A stretch of DNA of 64,000 nt from NCBI GenBank assembly GCA_965228855.1, contig CBDDIJ010000005.1, positions 864,001 through 928,000 on the forward strand, read 5' to 3'. This DNA is from Candidatus Obscuribacterales bacterium. GTDB lineage: Bacteria > Cyanobacteriota > Vampirovibrionia > Obscuribacterales > Obscuribacteraceae. The notes under the pieces were generated by a model that searched no databases, was not told the origin of the DNA, and saw only the letters and a list, made by a program, of their open reading frames with translations. Position numbers and translations under genes: made by a program. Shown one piece after another: positions 41,682 to 52,972 of this stretch (position 1 is the stretch's first letter; every line of letters starts with the position of its first letter).

Positions 41682-43202
41682 CTATTTTTTGCGGATTGGA
41701 CCTGGAGCAGGAGGCGACACAGTGTCGGGAGTCGGTCGCCATTTGATTGTGTCGAGCCCCTTCTTGACTGCTGGGAAGTCAGCCTTATTGCCATCGAATG
41801 TGATTGCATACAAGAACTGACCCTTGTCAGACGGAACGAGGATAGTTTGTGCAACCAGGTTCTGCTGCGGATCTTCATCGGTCAAAATCAACGCATCTTT
41901 ACCGTTGAACTTGCCGACCGAAACTTGCGGATCATTCACGAACGTATGATAGCCCGCTCCCATCAGCATGTTCGCTTCATCATAGGCACGCGTGTCGGGT
42001 TGTAATTTTCCTTGTTTCGCCAGAAGCGCTTTCAACGACTTCTGCTCATCCGCCAGCAGTTCCCGTCCCTCATACATAGTGACGTGACTGCGCGATCCTT
42101 TCGCCTGAAATTCGCGTTGAATCGGGTTCGCCCCACCAACCATATTAGGATCTTGCTGAACTTCCTTGAAGTTGCCCGGCAGCTGAATCTCCTTGATTAC
42201 ACCAGTTTCATTCTTAGCGAGAAATTCGTGTTTTTGCAGCGGTTCATTCTTAGCCGGCGGTTGCTCGCCGCGCGGATCTCCGCCGCGCTGGTCGCCACCG
42301 CGGAAAAGTCCGCCTCGTCCGAAGAGGCGCTGGCGAGGCTGTTCTTGAGGTGCACCCGGCGGCACATCCGGACGCTGGGCAACCTGCTGTGGCTGAAACT
42401 CTCCGCGTCTTTGACGCAATCCATTGAAAATTTGCTGCGCGACAATATCCTGCGGGCGCATTCCAGGACCCATGTCCTGCGGTCGCATGCCACGCGGTAT
42501 ATCTTGAGGACGCATTCCCGGCGGAAAGCCCTGCCCTCCCATGCCGCGGTCCTGTCCATCTTGCGCCATCATCATCGCGCGACTCATGCTGCGATACGTC
42601 ATGTCGCGACCCGGCTGCGGTCCATATGGAGCACCACCCATTTCACCTTGCGGTTGAAAATATTGAGGAGGCGCAAAGGTTTGCGGCGGGCCATACGAAC
42701 GCTGCCCATATTCCGACTGATTCGGCTCACCCTGCGCATAGTCATAATTTGTGTTTCCACGCGGTCCGTAGACCGGCGCAAACCCTTCTTGACCGTATGT
42801 TGCTTGCGGCGCGGAGAACGTCATCGGCGCGTCCATAGTTCTTGGAGATGCCGAGAAGGTCAACGGTGCTTCACCGGTTGTTTGCGGTGCGGAGAACGTC
42901 AATGGAGCTTCCATTGTTCTTGGCACTGCTGAGGTTTCAGCAGAAGGTATTCGTTGCGGAGAGGCAATCGCGCCGGCTGTTTCGCGCGGAGGTGCTGCGA
43001 TTGGCGAACTGCCGACTGGTGTCGCCTCTGGTGCCTGCGACTTCACAGTTGCGGCATCGCTCGGCAAGAGGAAATCTTTTATGAATAAGGAATGCAGATT
43101 ATCATTACTGCTTCCTGCAGGTTTGATCGCCTGCTGTTCTACAGTTTTATTCGAACCGTTCGTTCCGTTTTGTGATTGATCAGAAACTTGATCCCAATCC
43201 AT
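41682..43202 (-). CDS. Hypothetical protein: Pro/Gln/Gly-rich repetitive N-terminus plus globular C-terminal domain
   Basis: AP(L/M)TFSA x3, GMRPQD x3, then ~190 aa of alpha/beta-like sequence. Confidence 0.75.
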   Translation of the reverse strand: MDWDQVSDQSQNGTNGSNKTVEQQAIKPAGSSNDNLHSLFIKDFLLPSDAATVKSQAPEATPVGSSPIAAPPRETAGAIASPQRIPSAETSAVPRTMEAPLTFSAPQTTGEAPLTFSASPRTMDAPMTFSAPQATYGQEGFAPVYGPRGNTNYDYAQGEPNQSEYGQRSYGPPQTFAPPQYFQPQGEMGGAPYGPQPGRDMTYRSMSRAMMMAQDGQDRGMGGQGFPPGMRPQDIPRGMRPQDMGPGMRPQDIVAQQIFNGLRQRRGEFQPQQVAQRPDVPPGAPQEQPRQRLFGRGGLFRGGDQRGGDPRGEQPPAKNEPLQKHEFLAKNETGVIKEIQLPGNFKEVQQDPNMVGGANPIQREFQAKGSRSHVTMYEGRELLADEQKSLKALLAKQGKLQPDTRAYDEANMLMGAGYHTFVNDPQVSVGKFNGKDALILTDEDPQQNLVAQTILVPSDKGQFLYAITFDGNKADFPAVKKGLDTIKWRPTPDTVSPPAPGPIRKK

Positions 43203-43718
43203 TCTAAATCCCTCGTGCGTGCGTCTAAAGTAGGTTTGCTAAACACCGTCCAACTGCTGCAACGATACGTTTTCGCGAAACGGATCGTCCATGTGGAAAT
43301 TACGTTGGCGATTTTTGCGAAACTGGAAACCTACAGCCCTTAAGCGTTTCGCGCATGAAGATATTTGGCGCTTCTCTTTGCAACTTTTGATATTGCAAAA
43401 TTTGGACACGAAAAGTTCACAAATCCACCCGCCGAAAACGCCCTTGAACTGCCGGAAGTCGGCGGTCGGCCAATCCTAAATTCGGAGAGCATTTAGCATC
43501 CGAAAAAAATGCAAATCAGCGTTCGCTCATAACGATGAATCGGCGCGAAAGGTTTTCAAAAATTCCAGGTGTACGAATCTTAGTATGCCGCTTAGTTTGC
43601 TTGTTCTGTGGGTCACTCTACTATAAGATCAAAAGTTCCTTGCAATTGATTTTGCTGCGGTTCGATACCGAAGTTGAATCAAGAGCGCAGTTTGCTGTCA
43701 GAGAGGTATTTCGAGTCC

Positions 43719-46331
43719 ATGGCAAGCCAATACAACCCGCAAGATATCGAAGAAAAGTGGCAGGAGCACTGGGAAGGCCTCGGTGTTTATCGCGCCCATG
43801 ACAAAAGCGAGAAGCCGAAATTCTACTCGCTGGTCATGTTTCCGTATCCTTCGGGTGACCTGCACATGGGACACATGCGGGTTTACACAATCTCCGACGT
43901 AATTTCTCGCCGGATGCGCATGCTGGGTTACAACGTGCTCAATCCGATGGGCTGGGACGCATTCGGCTTGCCAGCAGAAAACGCGGCAATCAAGCATCAA
44001 AAACATCCGCAAAACTGGACCAAAGAAAACATTCGCTTCATGCGCGACGAACAGCTCAAGAAGCTCGGCACCAGCTACGATTGGCAGCGTGAAGTAACGA
44101 CATGCGACGCCGATTACTACGGCTGGACGCAATGGCTGTTCTTGAAGTTTTACGAGAAAGGGCTCGCCGTGCGAAAAGAAGCACCGGTTAACTGGTGCCC
44201 GGATTGCCACACGGTACTTGCCAACGAACAGGTCGTCGACGGAGCCTGCTGGCGGCATATGGAAACGCGCGTCGAACAGAAGAAAATGAGTCAGTGGTTC
44301 CTCCGAATCACCGCATACGCAGACGAGCTTCTCGACGACCTCGAAAAACTCACAGGCTGGCCGGAGCCCGTTCGCATAATGCAGCAAAACTGGATCGGCA
44401 AATCGGTGGGAGCCGAATTGCGTTTCACAGTAGAAAGCAAACCGAACGTGCAAATAAGCGTTTTCACAACCAGACCAGACACCGTATTTGGTGTCAGCTA
44501 TGTTGTGCTCGCTCCGGAGAATCCACTAGTCGAAGAATTGACGACTGACGAACAACGAGAAGCCGTGCGCAAGTACGTCGACGAGGCGAAACATAAAACC
44601 GAACTCGATCGGATGGCGACCGAGAAATCGAAAACGGGAATTCCCCTCGGCACGCATGTCATCAATCCATATAACGGTGATGTTGTCCCAATCCTCGTTG
44701 CGGACTATGTACTCATGACGTATGGAACAGGAGCCGTCATGGGCGTTCCCGCTCACGACGAACGCGACTTCCAGTTCGCCAAGAATTTGAATCTTCCAGT
44801 CAAAGAAGTAATCTCGCCCAACGGCGAAGCCACTGGCGAACTCGAAGCGGCTTACATCGAGCCGGGAGTGCTCATCAACTCAGGCGAATTCAACGGTTTG
44901 AAAAACGAGGACGCCAAAGAAAAAATTACCGAATGGGCCGTCGATCAAGCTTGTGGAAGCAAGCGCGTCAACTGGCGCCTGCGCGATTGGTTGATAAGCC
45001 GTCAGCGTTACTGGGGCTGCCCGATCCCGCTCGTTCACTGCGATGCTTGCGGGATTGTACCTGTCAAAGAAGCAGACTTGCCGGTCGTGCTTCCGGTGGA
45101 AGGCATTGAAATAACCGGTCAGGGCGGCTCGCCGCTTACACGCATGGACAGTTTCTTAAATGTGAAATGTCCGGCTTGCGGCAAAGACGCTAAGCGCGAA
45201 ACAGACACGATGGACACTTTCATAGACTCAAGCTGGTACTTCCTCCGCTATGCGGATGCGACCAATAAAAAAGAAGCGTTTGCAAAAGCAAACGTAGATT
45301 ACTGGATGCCTGTCGACCAGTACGTCGGCGGCATCGAGCACGCGATTCTGCACCTTCTCTACTCGCGCTTCTTCACCAAAGCCTGTCGCGACGTAGGTCT
45401 TGTGACCTGCGATGAGCCGTTCGAGAACCTCCTCTCGCAGGGCATGGTCACCAAGTTTTCATCAATATCCGGACGCATCGAAAAGATGTCGAAGTCGCGC
45501 GGCAACGTCGTCGGCACCACAGACTTCTTCAAGAAGTACGGAGCGGATTCAGCTCGTCTTTTCACCCTGTTCGCCGCACCGCCCGAACAAGAATTGGAGT
45601 GGTCTGAAGAAGGAGCAATCGGGCAGTATCGGTTTCTCGGAAGAGTTTGGCGCATAGTGACCGAACTTATTGAAACAGGGGCCGTGACCGCGTTTCACGG
45701 AGAAGTGGTTCACGACAAATTGGACGAGTCCGGACAAAATTTCCACAAGCTCGTGCACAAAACAATCAAAGCTGTTTCAAACGACCTCGAACGCGGGCGC
45801 TACATCTTCAACACAGCCATTGCGCGCTGCATGGAACTCGTCAACGGTCTCTACAAATACGCGCAAGAACTCAATGCGCGTTCGACCAACGGCAACGGCA
45901 AACCTGCCAAGTCCGCAGACGGAGCCGCGCTCCTGGCACCACAAGGACACGACTTGTCGACCGATGAGTTGGAATTGCTATCATTTGCAATTCGCAATTT
46001 GCTCTTGCTGCTCGCGCCGATGGCACCACACATCTCGGAAGAACTCTGGAAGCAAGCCGGCTACATCGTCAAAGACGATGATTCAATTCACGTCACCGCG
46101 TGGCCGACCTTCAAAGAAGAGCTCACTGTCGACAATCAGATCGAACTGGTTCTTCAGGTCAACGGCAAAATCGTGAACAAAGTTCCAGCCCCGCGCGGTC
46201 TCGAGAAGAAGGCGGCCGAAGAGCTGGCGCTCGCCGATGACAAGATGAAATCCAAGATAGAAGGGCAGGCGGTCAAGAAAGTGATTGTCGTACCCGACAA
46301 ACTCGTCAATGTCGTAGTGGCGCCTCAATAG
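43719..46331 (+). CDS. leuS: Leucine--tRNA ligase
   Basis: [72 protein letters not shown] at 43719 preferred. Confidence 0.98.
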   Translation: MASQYNPQDIEEKWQEHWEGLGVYRAHDKSEKPKFYSLVMFPYPSGDLHMGHMRVYTISDVISRRMRMLGYNVLNPMGWDAFGLPAENAAIKHQKHPQNWTKENIRFMRDEQLKKLGTSYDWQREVTTCDADYYGWTQWLFLKFYEKGLAVRKEAPVNWCPDCHTVLANEQVVDGACWRHMETRVEQKKMSQWFLRITAYADELLDDLEKLTGWPEPVRIMQQNWIGKSVGAELRFTVESKPNVQISVFTTRPDTVFGVSYVVLAPENPLVEELTTDEQREAVRKYVDEAKHKTELDRMATEKSKTGIPLGTHVINPYNGDVVPILVADYVLMTYGTGAVMGVPAHDERDFQFAKNLNLPVKEVISPNGEATGELEAAYIEPGVLINSGEFNGLKNEDAKEKITEWAVDQACGSKRVNWRLRDWLISRQRYWGCPIPLVHCDACGIVPVKEADLPVVLPVEGIEITGQGGSPLTRMDSFLNVKCPACGKDAKRETDTMDTFIDSSWYFLRYADATNKKEAFAKANVDYWMPVDQYVGGIEHAILHLLYSRFFTKACRDVGLVTCDEPFENLLSQGMVTKFSSISGRIEKMSKSRGNVVGTTDFFKKYGADSARLFTLFAAPPEQELEWSEEGAIGQYRFLGRVWRIVTELIETGAVTAFHGEVVHDKLDESGQNFHKLVHKTIKAVSNDLERGRYIFNTAIARCMELVNGLYKYAQELNARSTNGNGKPAKSADGAALLAPQGHDLSTDELELLSFAIRNLLLLLAPMAPHISEELWKQAGYIVKDDDSIHVTAWPTFKEELTVDNQIELVLQVNGKIVNKVPAPRGLEKKAAEELALADDKMKSKIEGQAVKKVIVVPDKLVNVVVAPQ

Positions 46332-46501
46332 ACCGTCTGATTATCGGACAAAATCCAACTTCAACAAATTCCACAAAAGCCCAATTTACGGTGCCGTTCG
46401 CACTTTTGCGGGTATAGGTTTCTATACAGATATATTGTGGAACGGAGTTAATGTATCCTTGGTTTCATTCAAGTCTTAGCTTTTTATAGACGGGTGCGAG
46501 C

Positions 46502-47416
46502 ATGCAACAGCCACAACAGGTCCACATCGAAACGCAAGGTGTCGTACCAATCGCGACATTGCTTCTAATTTTTTGCATGGTCGTGGTGTTCGCGATGTCC
46601 TGCCAGCATCGAATGGAGTTCTGGTCGGCTCATCCATCGCAAATGAGCTGGGTGCAAAACAGCGCCGCAGTTCAGGCGGTCAACATCGCAACCTGGATGC
46701 GCGACGGCAACTTTCAACGACTGCTTTCGCAACTGGCAATGGCAAGCGTTGCAGCTCTGACCGGTTGGCAACTCGTCGCGAACTGCTATTTCACCTGGGT
46801 TTTCGGCAGCACGGTTGAGCAAAAGCTTGGAGCCGGGCGGTACTTTCTGTTGGTTTTGCTGGCGATGTTTGTTCCATACGCAATAATCGCCTGGAACGGA
46901 ATCCGGACCGGCGATCTCAGCACCTACTATTTTGGTCCGCTCTTCGTCCTGGCAGCGCTGATGGGCGCTGGCATGGTCTTCCCGGAAGAGAAGGAAGTCA
47001 AAATCTGGTTTAAGAAGACCCGCGGCGAAATTTTCAACAGAGGTCAGGCAGCGAGCGCCTCGTCGAAATTCAAGGTCAACACTCAACTGCTTTCATGTAT
47101 TTTCATTCTTTACGAAGCTGGTCTCTGGTTCTATTGCACGAAGTTCACCCCTGAGTTCCAGTCGTTTGAACTGTTCGGCGCGATCGCAGGCGTCATACTC
47201 GGTTATGGCGTCGCCTTCTTCCTGGTCTGGAGCGCAACCGGCGACCTCCGCGAGGGTCCTGTTAAGCTCATGTGTATTCGTAAATATAACGACACACTCA
47301 AGCTCGACGTCGGCCATGATGCCGCTGTAAGAACGACAGCAATGGCGCTGGGCTTGCCTGAAGACCGCGTGAAGCAGTGGGTCCAAAAGCAGAAAGGCAA
47401 GATGAGAATTAGTTAG
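46502..47416 (+). CDS. Rhomboid-family membrane protein lacking catalytic residues
   Basis: PIATLLLI and ANCYFTWVFGSTVEQKLGAGRY match rhomboid TM1-TM3. The GxSG position reads FGPLF and the HxxG position reads AIAG. Confidence 0.7.
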   Translation: MQQPQQVHIETQGVVPIATLLLIFCMVVVFAMSCQHRMEFWSAHPSQMSWVQNSAAVQAVNIATWMRDGNFQRLLSQLAMASVAALTGWQLVANCYFTWVFGSTVEQKLGAGRYFLLVLLAMFVPYAIIAWNGIRTGDLSTYYFGPLFVLAALMGAGMVFPEEKEVKIWFKKTRGEIFNRGQAASASSKFKVNTQLLSCIFILYEAGLWFYCTKFTPEFQSFELFGAIAGVILGYGVAFFLVWSATGDLREGPVKLMCIRKYNDTLKLDVGHDAAVRTTAMALGLPEDRVKQWVQKQKGKMRIS

Positions 47417-47581
47417 GGCGCCGAACTACTTTTCATGTGAATTTGGAATAACTTGGAATGCTCCTGACTAGTGCTAGAATCAGGCGCCGAGTTAGATTGC
47501 TCGGCAGATTTGAGGTTTTCAAATCAACCTGGACACCCTGCCTGGTACAAAACATTGACCAGCACCAAGACGCCTCCCAAA

Positions 47582-49546
47582 ATGACCATGTCCGCGGAAC
47601 CGTCGCAAGTGAGTCTAAACGACGACGATCAATTGAACGCCGTGGATAAGCTCGAATCCAGCCTTGAAAGCGAATCGGGGTTCGGCATCTTTCTGGCGCG
47701 CATCCGCTGGAAGCGCATCATGCAAGTCATTCTGGACAGCGCGCTCGTAGCTCTGGGTTTCACGCTCGCTTATTTGATTCGGTTCGACGGTCACGTAACG
47801 CCGCTTTACTTGCACCAGCTCAGCACCCTGGTACCGCTGGTAGTGGCGATTCAATTGTCGGCAAACTGGACATTCGGTGTTTATAAACGGTTATGGCGCT
47901 ACACTGGATTGACCGAGGTCATGGAACTCGGCGTCTCTGTCATGGTCGGGCTTCTGGTTATTCTGACCATGCGAAAGTTGGGACTGCTATCGGTCGAAAA
48001 CAATCAACTCTCATATGGAATTATCTTCGTTAACTCATGCGTTTGCTTCCTCGCACTTGTAGGACCGCGCGTGCTCAGACGATTGATGACCGAGCACAGC
48101 CAGCGCAAACACTGGAGACAGCCGGTCAGAAAGCGCGTGCTCGTAGTCGGCGCCGGTGACGCAGGCATGATGGTTCTTCGCGAACTGAACATGCGGTCCA
48201 ATGGAGTGGATGTTGTCGGTTTAATAGATGACGATCCGGCTAAAGTTCGCAAACGGATCGGCGCTATCACCGTATTTGGTACCACGGCAGAATTGCCCAA
48301 GTACATCGAGAACCTATTTATAGATCAAGTTATCATCGCGATGCCTTCCGCACCTCCGTCGGAAACCAGACGTATAGTGGAAATGTGCCGCCAGGCGGAA
48401 GTTGAAACGAGAATTCTTCCCGGTCTGTTCGAGCTGATTGACGGAAAGGTTTCCATCAACCAGTTGCGAGAAGTATCGCTCGAAGATCTGCTCGGACGCG
48501 ATCCTGTCAAGCTGGACCAGGAGTCGATCGCCGGTTACATAGCCGGTCGCAGCGTGCTCGTCACCGGCGCAGGCGGCTCGATCGGCAGCGAACTGTGCAG
48601 ACAGATTATGCGGTTTAATCCGCATCGCCTTATATTGTTAGGCAAAGGCGAGAATTCGATTTTCACGATTCAACAAGAATTGAACCGCAAGCTCGACGGC
48701 GTGGAGCTGATTCCCGTAATCGCGGACGTTCGCGATCAAGTGCGAATGAAAGCAATATTCGAGCAGTTTAAACCGAATGTGGTGTTTCACGCGGCTGCGC
48801 ACAAACACGTTCCTCTCATGGAAGCGAACGTCGCAGAGGCAGTAGCCAACAATGTTTTCGGGACCAAGTGCGTAGCGGAATTGTCAGCGGCACACGGCGT
48901 TGAGACATTTGTTTTGGTTTCCTCCGACAAAGCCGTCAACCCTACGTCGGTCATGGGAGCGACGAAACGGACTGCCGAACTGGTTATTCAAGATCTGGCA
49001 GCAATTACGGACACGAAGTACGTTGCGGTCCGTTTTGGAAACGTCCTCGCCAGCCGCGGCAGCGTCATCCCGCTCTGGAAACAGCAGATATCCCAGGGCG
49101 GTCCGGTCACGGTCACGCACCCGGAAGCAACTCGATACTTCATGCTCATCCCTGAGGCCGTTCAACTAATCCTGCAAGCCGGCGCATTGGGCAATGGCGG
49201 CGAGATTTTCGTCCTGGACATGGGCAAACCTGTCAAAATTCTGGACCTCGCCAACGACCTTATCCGCTTCTCAGGGCTCAGCCCGGGCACGGATATAGAG
49301 GTACAGTTCATCGGAATGCGCCCCGGTGAGAAGCTTTATGAAGAACTGTTGACGCAAGAAGAGGGCTTGACCAAGACCTCTTACGAAAAAATCTTTGTTG
49401 GCAAACCGCAGCCTATAGATCGCGAGGGTCTGCAAAAGGTTGTGGACAGGCTGCGTACAGGTGCGGCAGACGGCAACGACCCAGCTCTCAGGTCGGAATT
49501 GAACCAATTGGTCGGTGGCACCCTCAACCAGAAACAGAATGTGTAG
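47582..49546 (+). CDS. Membrane-anchored UDP-GlcNAc 4,6-dehydratase (CapD/PglF/WbpM type)
   Basis: Four N-terminal TMs, CoA-binding-like domain, EDLLGR, VTGAGGSIGSELCRQI, FHAAAHKHVP, SSDKAVNPTSVMGATKR, VRFGNV, RPGEKLYEEL. Start uncertain (47471-47588). Confidence 0.93.
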   Translation: MTMSAEPSQVSLNDDDQLNAVDKLESSLESESGFGIFLARIRWKRIMQVILDSALVALGFTLAYLIRFDGHVTPLYLHQLSTLVPLVVAIQLSANWTFGVYKRLWRYTGLTEVMELGVSVMVGLLVILTMRKLGLLSVENNQLSYGIIFVNSCVCFLALVGPRVLRRLMTEHSQRKHWRQPVRKRVLVVGAGDAGMMVLRELNMRSNGVDVVGLIDDDPAKVRKRIGAITVFGTTAELPKYIENLFIDQVIIAMPSAPPSETRRIVEMCRQAEVETRILPGLFELIDGKVSINQLREVSLEDLLGRDPVKLDQESIAGYIAGRSVLVTGAGGSIGSELCRQIMRFNPHRLILLGKGENSIFTIQQELNRKLDGVELIPVIADVRDQVRMKAIFEQFKPNVVFHAAAHKHVPLMEANVAEAVANNVFGTKCVAELSAAHGVETFVLVSSDKAVNPTSVMGATKRTAELVIQDLAAITDTKYVAVRFGNVLASRGSVIPLWKQQISQGGPVTVTHPEATRYFMLIPEAVQLILQAGALGNGGEIFVLDMGKPVKILDLANDLIRFSGLSPGTDIEVQFIGMRPGEKLYEELLTQEEGLTKTSYEKIFVGKPQPIDREGLQKVVDRLRTGAADGNDPALRSELNQLVGGTLNQKQNV

Positions 49547-49652
49547 AACTTTGACACACGTTTGAGCAAAAAAGAGTTAGAATCATCAATCGGAAATTAG
49601 AGAAAGTGGATGGGATCCGACTGGATATACGGATTCCGTAGGTCAGGAAACA

Positions 49653-50528
49653 ATGTTTAGCACGATAGATGGAATCATTAGCGATCTCATCGCTACAAAA
49701 GAACAGAAGTTAGTCGAAAGAATTCAAAGTCTTAATAGCTCGATCGTCGCGTACTCCGGTGGAGTAGACAGCGCCTTGCTGGCATATTACGTCAAGGAAG
49801 TGCTCGGCGACAAGGCGAAAGTAGTGATAGCTGTATCACCAAGCCTCGCAGAAGATGACCTGGACGCCGCCAGAGCACAGGCTTCGATGTTCGACTGGAA
49901 TCTCGTTGAGATCAATACAGATGAATTCGAAAACGAAAGCTATCAGCGCAATGATGACATGCGCTGCTTTCACTGCAAAGCCACACTTTTCGAAGAGCTT
50001 GCAGCGATGGCAAAAGCGGAAGGATTCGATAGTATCGTATACGGTGCCAACGCGGACGACGTAAGCGACTTCAGACCGGGCCGTCTGGCAGCTCAACAGT
50101 TCAATGTGGTTGCGCCATTAGAAGAAGTCGGTTTAACGAAAACCGAAGTGCGAAACCTCGCGCGCAAAAACGGCTTACCAAGCTGGGATCGACCGGCAAA
50201 CGCCTGCCTGTCCTCGAGAATCCCGCGCGATATTCCGGTGACCATCGACAGTATTTCGCAGGTCGAATTGTCTGAGCGGTTTATCAAAACTCTGGGATTT
50301 GAAGTCGTTAGAGTTCGGCACCACGGTGGAAAAGCCGTTGTCGAAATCGGACAAGAGGAGCTTGGTCGATTAAAAGTCGAACCTTGCCTCGTCAATAAGA
50401 TTGAGAATGCATTGGTCGATATCGGTTTCGACGAGATTATTATCGACCCGCGTGGATATAGAATGGGTTCCGCCAACAGCAGAACGCACGAACATGCGAT
50501 ACCTGCAGTGAGCGTAGCGATACGATAG
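49653..50528 (+). CDS. larE: LarE family ATP-dependent sulfur transferase (NPN cofactor)
   Basis: PP-loop AYSGGVDS, RCFHCK, DFRPG, ACLSSRIP, VRVRHHG, GYRMGS. Confidence 0.9.
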   Translation: MFSTIDGIISDLIATKEQKLVERIQSLNSSIVAYSGGVDSALLAYYVKEVLGDKAKVVIAVSPSLAEDDLDAARAQASMFDWNLVEINTDEFENESYQRNDDMRCFHCKATLFEELAAMAKAEGFDSIVYGANADDVSDFRPGRLAAQQFNVVAPLEEVGLTKTEVRNLARKNGLPSWDRPANACLSSRIPRDIPVTIDSISQVELSERFIKTLGFEVVRVRHHGGKAVVEIGQEELGRLKVEPCLVNKIENALVDIGFDEIIIDPRGYRMGSANSRTHEHAIPAVSVAIR

Positions 50529-50694
50529 GCATCTCTGTTTGCTTGATTTGACACTGCCGAGGCTTTCGGTTAAAACAGGCACTGACCGTGACTATTTTCT
50601 CCGTTCGACATCGACCAGGCGGTGTTTAGCGTGGAAAACTCTGCGGGTACAAGCAGGATAATGATGCTCCTCACACGACCCGAAAGGTTAAAAC

Positions 50695-51468
50695 ATGGAC
50701 GCTAAACGCCTGGAAGAACTTCTGTCTTCAATTGCGGACGGGCAGACGACCATAACTGATGCCATGGAGCGTTTGAAGGCTTTGCCTTACGCGGAGTTGG
50801 GCATGGCTAGACCCGACATGCACAGATCGTTGCGGCAGGGAGTTCCCGAAACTATTTTCTGCCAGGGCAAAACAGCAAAACAGGTGGCAGCAATTGCAGG
50901 TTCACTTCTGGAAGAACACGAGTCAGTAATTGCCACCAGATGTGATGCCGAGCACATGGCCGGTTTGGAATACAATTTTTCGGCGTTGGTTAAGTATCAC
51001 CCGGAAGCGCGCGTTGCAGTAATTGGGAACGCGACAATTCCAGTTGATGGACGATCGATGTTTGACACCTTTGTGGTGACGGCGGGAACGGCCGACCTTC
51101 CCGTCGCCGAAGAAGCGGCTGTGATTCTGGACCATCTAGGCTTCCCTGTGAAGCGTTTGTTCGACGTCGGGGTTGCCGGTCTGCATCGAATTTTGAAAGA
51201 AGTACCGGCGTTGCAATCCGCGTCTGCGGTGATCGCAGTGGCTGGAATGGACGGCGCACTTCCAAGCGTGATCGGCGGACTGGTTGCATGCCCTGTAATC
51301 GCAGTGCCGACATCCGTCGGTTACGGCGCGAGTTTCAATGGCATAGCCGCGCTCCTCACGATGTTGAACAGCTGCGCGCATGGTTTGACAGTCGTCAATA
51401 TCGACAACGGTTTCGGCGCAGCGATGGCGGTGCATCGAATCTTTTCGTCGGCGCGGTCAGGCTTGTAA
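50695..51468 (+). CDS. larB: LarB family NPN cofactor biosynthesis carboxylase/hydrolase
   Basis: D.HR..RQGVPETIFCQGK, TAGTADLPVAEEA, DVGVAGLHR, AGMDGALPSV, PTSVGYG, VVNIDNGFGAA. Confidence 0.95.
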   Translation: MDAKRLEELLSSIADGQTTITDAMERLKALPYAELGMARPDMHRSLRQGVPETIFCQGKTAKQVAAIAGSLLEEHESVIATRCDAEHMAGLEYNFSALVKYHPEARVAVIGNATIPVDGRSMFDTFVVTAGTADLPVAEEAAVILDHLGFPVKRLFDVGVAGLHRILKEVPALQSASAVIAVAGMDGALPSVIGGLVACPVIAVPTSVGYGASFNGIAALLTMLNSCAHGLTVVNIDNGFGAAMAVHRIFSSARSGL

Positions 51469-51471
51469 CGC

Positions 51472-52959
51472 ATGAGAAGACAGATTGTCACAACGGCGAT
51501 TATTCTGGGCTGTTTATTTTCAATGACTCCCAACCGCGCACTCGCCTCCGACAAAGAAGACGTTATCGCTGAATTTTTCAAATTCAACACGAAAATACTG
51601 GACGCTAAACGAATTGAAGACCTTCCAAAAGCAACTCCACAAGATTTGCTGAAAATACCAGAGGAGATTCGACCGGTTTTTCTTTCACAGGCAAAATCAA
51701 AAGCGTTAAAGTCCGTCTACAATGTCCATGTTCTTGAGCTGGAGGGTCACTACGCGATGGTCGAAGGATCCGGAATGGTTACTATCGACGGCAAGGAGCA
51801 AGAATCGCAATTGCTTTTGACGCTCAGAAAGCTGAAGGATGGCTGGGATGTTTTGGATTTCAAAACGACGCCGTTGGATATAGCACCCATTGAAACCGAC
51901 CAATCGCCAGATTTAATGGCATCAACGAAAATCATGAAATTTTTCAACGCACCAATTGGCCATTTCATCATCGAAACGTTGTTTACAGTTAAAGAAGATG
52001 GCACTATATATGATATCAAGTCTACAAGCTATCCCAAAAGTACCGATGCGGAATCAGCAGCTAGCGCCGCCGTAAAAATGGCGTCTCCGCTGTTCACGAG
52101 CTCAATTAAACTCAAAAACCCGACGGGTGACTGCTTGAATTTGCCGGTGATCGCGCGCCTATTCCTACAGACCACCCGAGAATGTTCAGGGAACGGTAGC
52201 ATGACCACTTTGGACTTTTACAATCCTGATGAACACACGGAACTCAGCACAGTAAAAGAACTGGCAGCATTAAATGTCGACAAACATCACTACAAAAAAC
52301 CTTCCAGAGCTACGAATGAAGAACTTTTGAGAACTCTAAAAAACCTAAATTTGCGAGGGCGGTTCTCGAAAGCCGTTGCATACGCGCTTGAAGTCTATCG
52401 CAGAGTTGAATCACAGAATGACAAGCAGCTGGATGAGAGCCTGGAGATGGCGCTCTCTTGTACGAATAATCTTACTCGTGAGCTACTTCTACTGAAAGAC
52501 TACGAGAGCGCAGAGCGCAGCGCTGAGGCACGGTTAAAACTCGCAGAAACAAGGAGTCCGGATCCAACACTTTCAAGAGGCCTTGCAGAACTTGCAGAGG
52601 TTTATATCCTGATGGGCAAAGTCGACGAAGCAAACGAGACGGTTGCAAAATTCTTGGCAGAACTGCGAGCGCAGGCTAAAGAAATTGAGTCGATTGAATT
52701 GACCAGAGTCAAGCCAGATTCTGAACAAGAGTACCTCAAGCAAATTATCACTTTGAAGTATGGACTAGACCCAGAGGGAACGGCAAAGGACAAGTCGGAC
52801 CCGGATCTGAAAAAGCAGGCTGCCAACCACCTTCGGGTCAGCAACTTTTTACTTATATTCGAGAAGAGCTGCAATAACATCAGCGTTGCTTACTTGAAAA
52901 AGTGCGAGGATCAAAAATTTGATGCATTCACAGAGGAGACGAATAGACTCAAAAACTAA
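51472..52959 (+). CDS. Secreted hypothetical protein with TonB-C-like and TPR-like segments
   Basis: Signal peptide; FTVKEDGTIYDIK..AESAASAAVKMASP; helical C-terminus. Confidence 0.65.
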   Translation: MRRQIVTTAIILGCLFSMTPNRALASDKEDVIAEFFKFNTKILDAKRIEDLPKATPQDLLKIPEEIRPVFLSQAKSKALKSVYNVHVLELEGHYAMVEGSGMVTIDGKEQESQLLLTLRKLKDGWDVLDFKTTPLDIAPIETDQSPDLMASTKIMKFFNAPIGHFIIETLFTVKEDGTIYDIKSTSYPKSTDAESAASAAVKMASPLFTSSIKLKNPTGDCLNLPVIARLFLQTTRECSGNGSMTTLDFYNPDEHTELSTVKELAALNVDKHHYKKPSRATNEELLRTLKNLNLRGRFSKAVAYALEVYRRVESQNDKQLDESLEMALSCTNNLTRELLLLKDYESAERSAEARLKLAETRSPDPTLSRGLAELAEVYILMGKVDEANETVAKFLAELRAQAKEIESIELTRVKPDSEQEYLKQIITLKYGLDPEGTAKDKSDPDLKKQAANHLRVSNFLLIFEKSCNNISVAYLKKCEDQKFDAFTEETNRLKN

Positions 52960-52972
52960 ATAAAATGGAATG

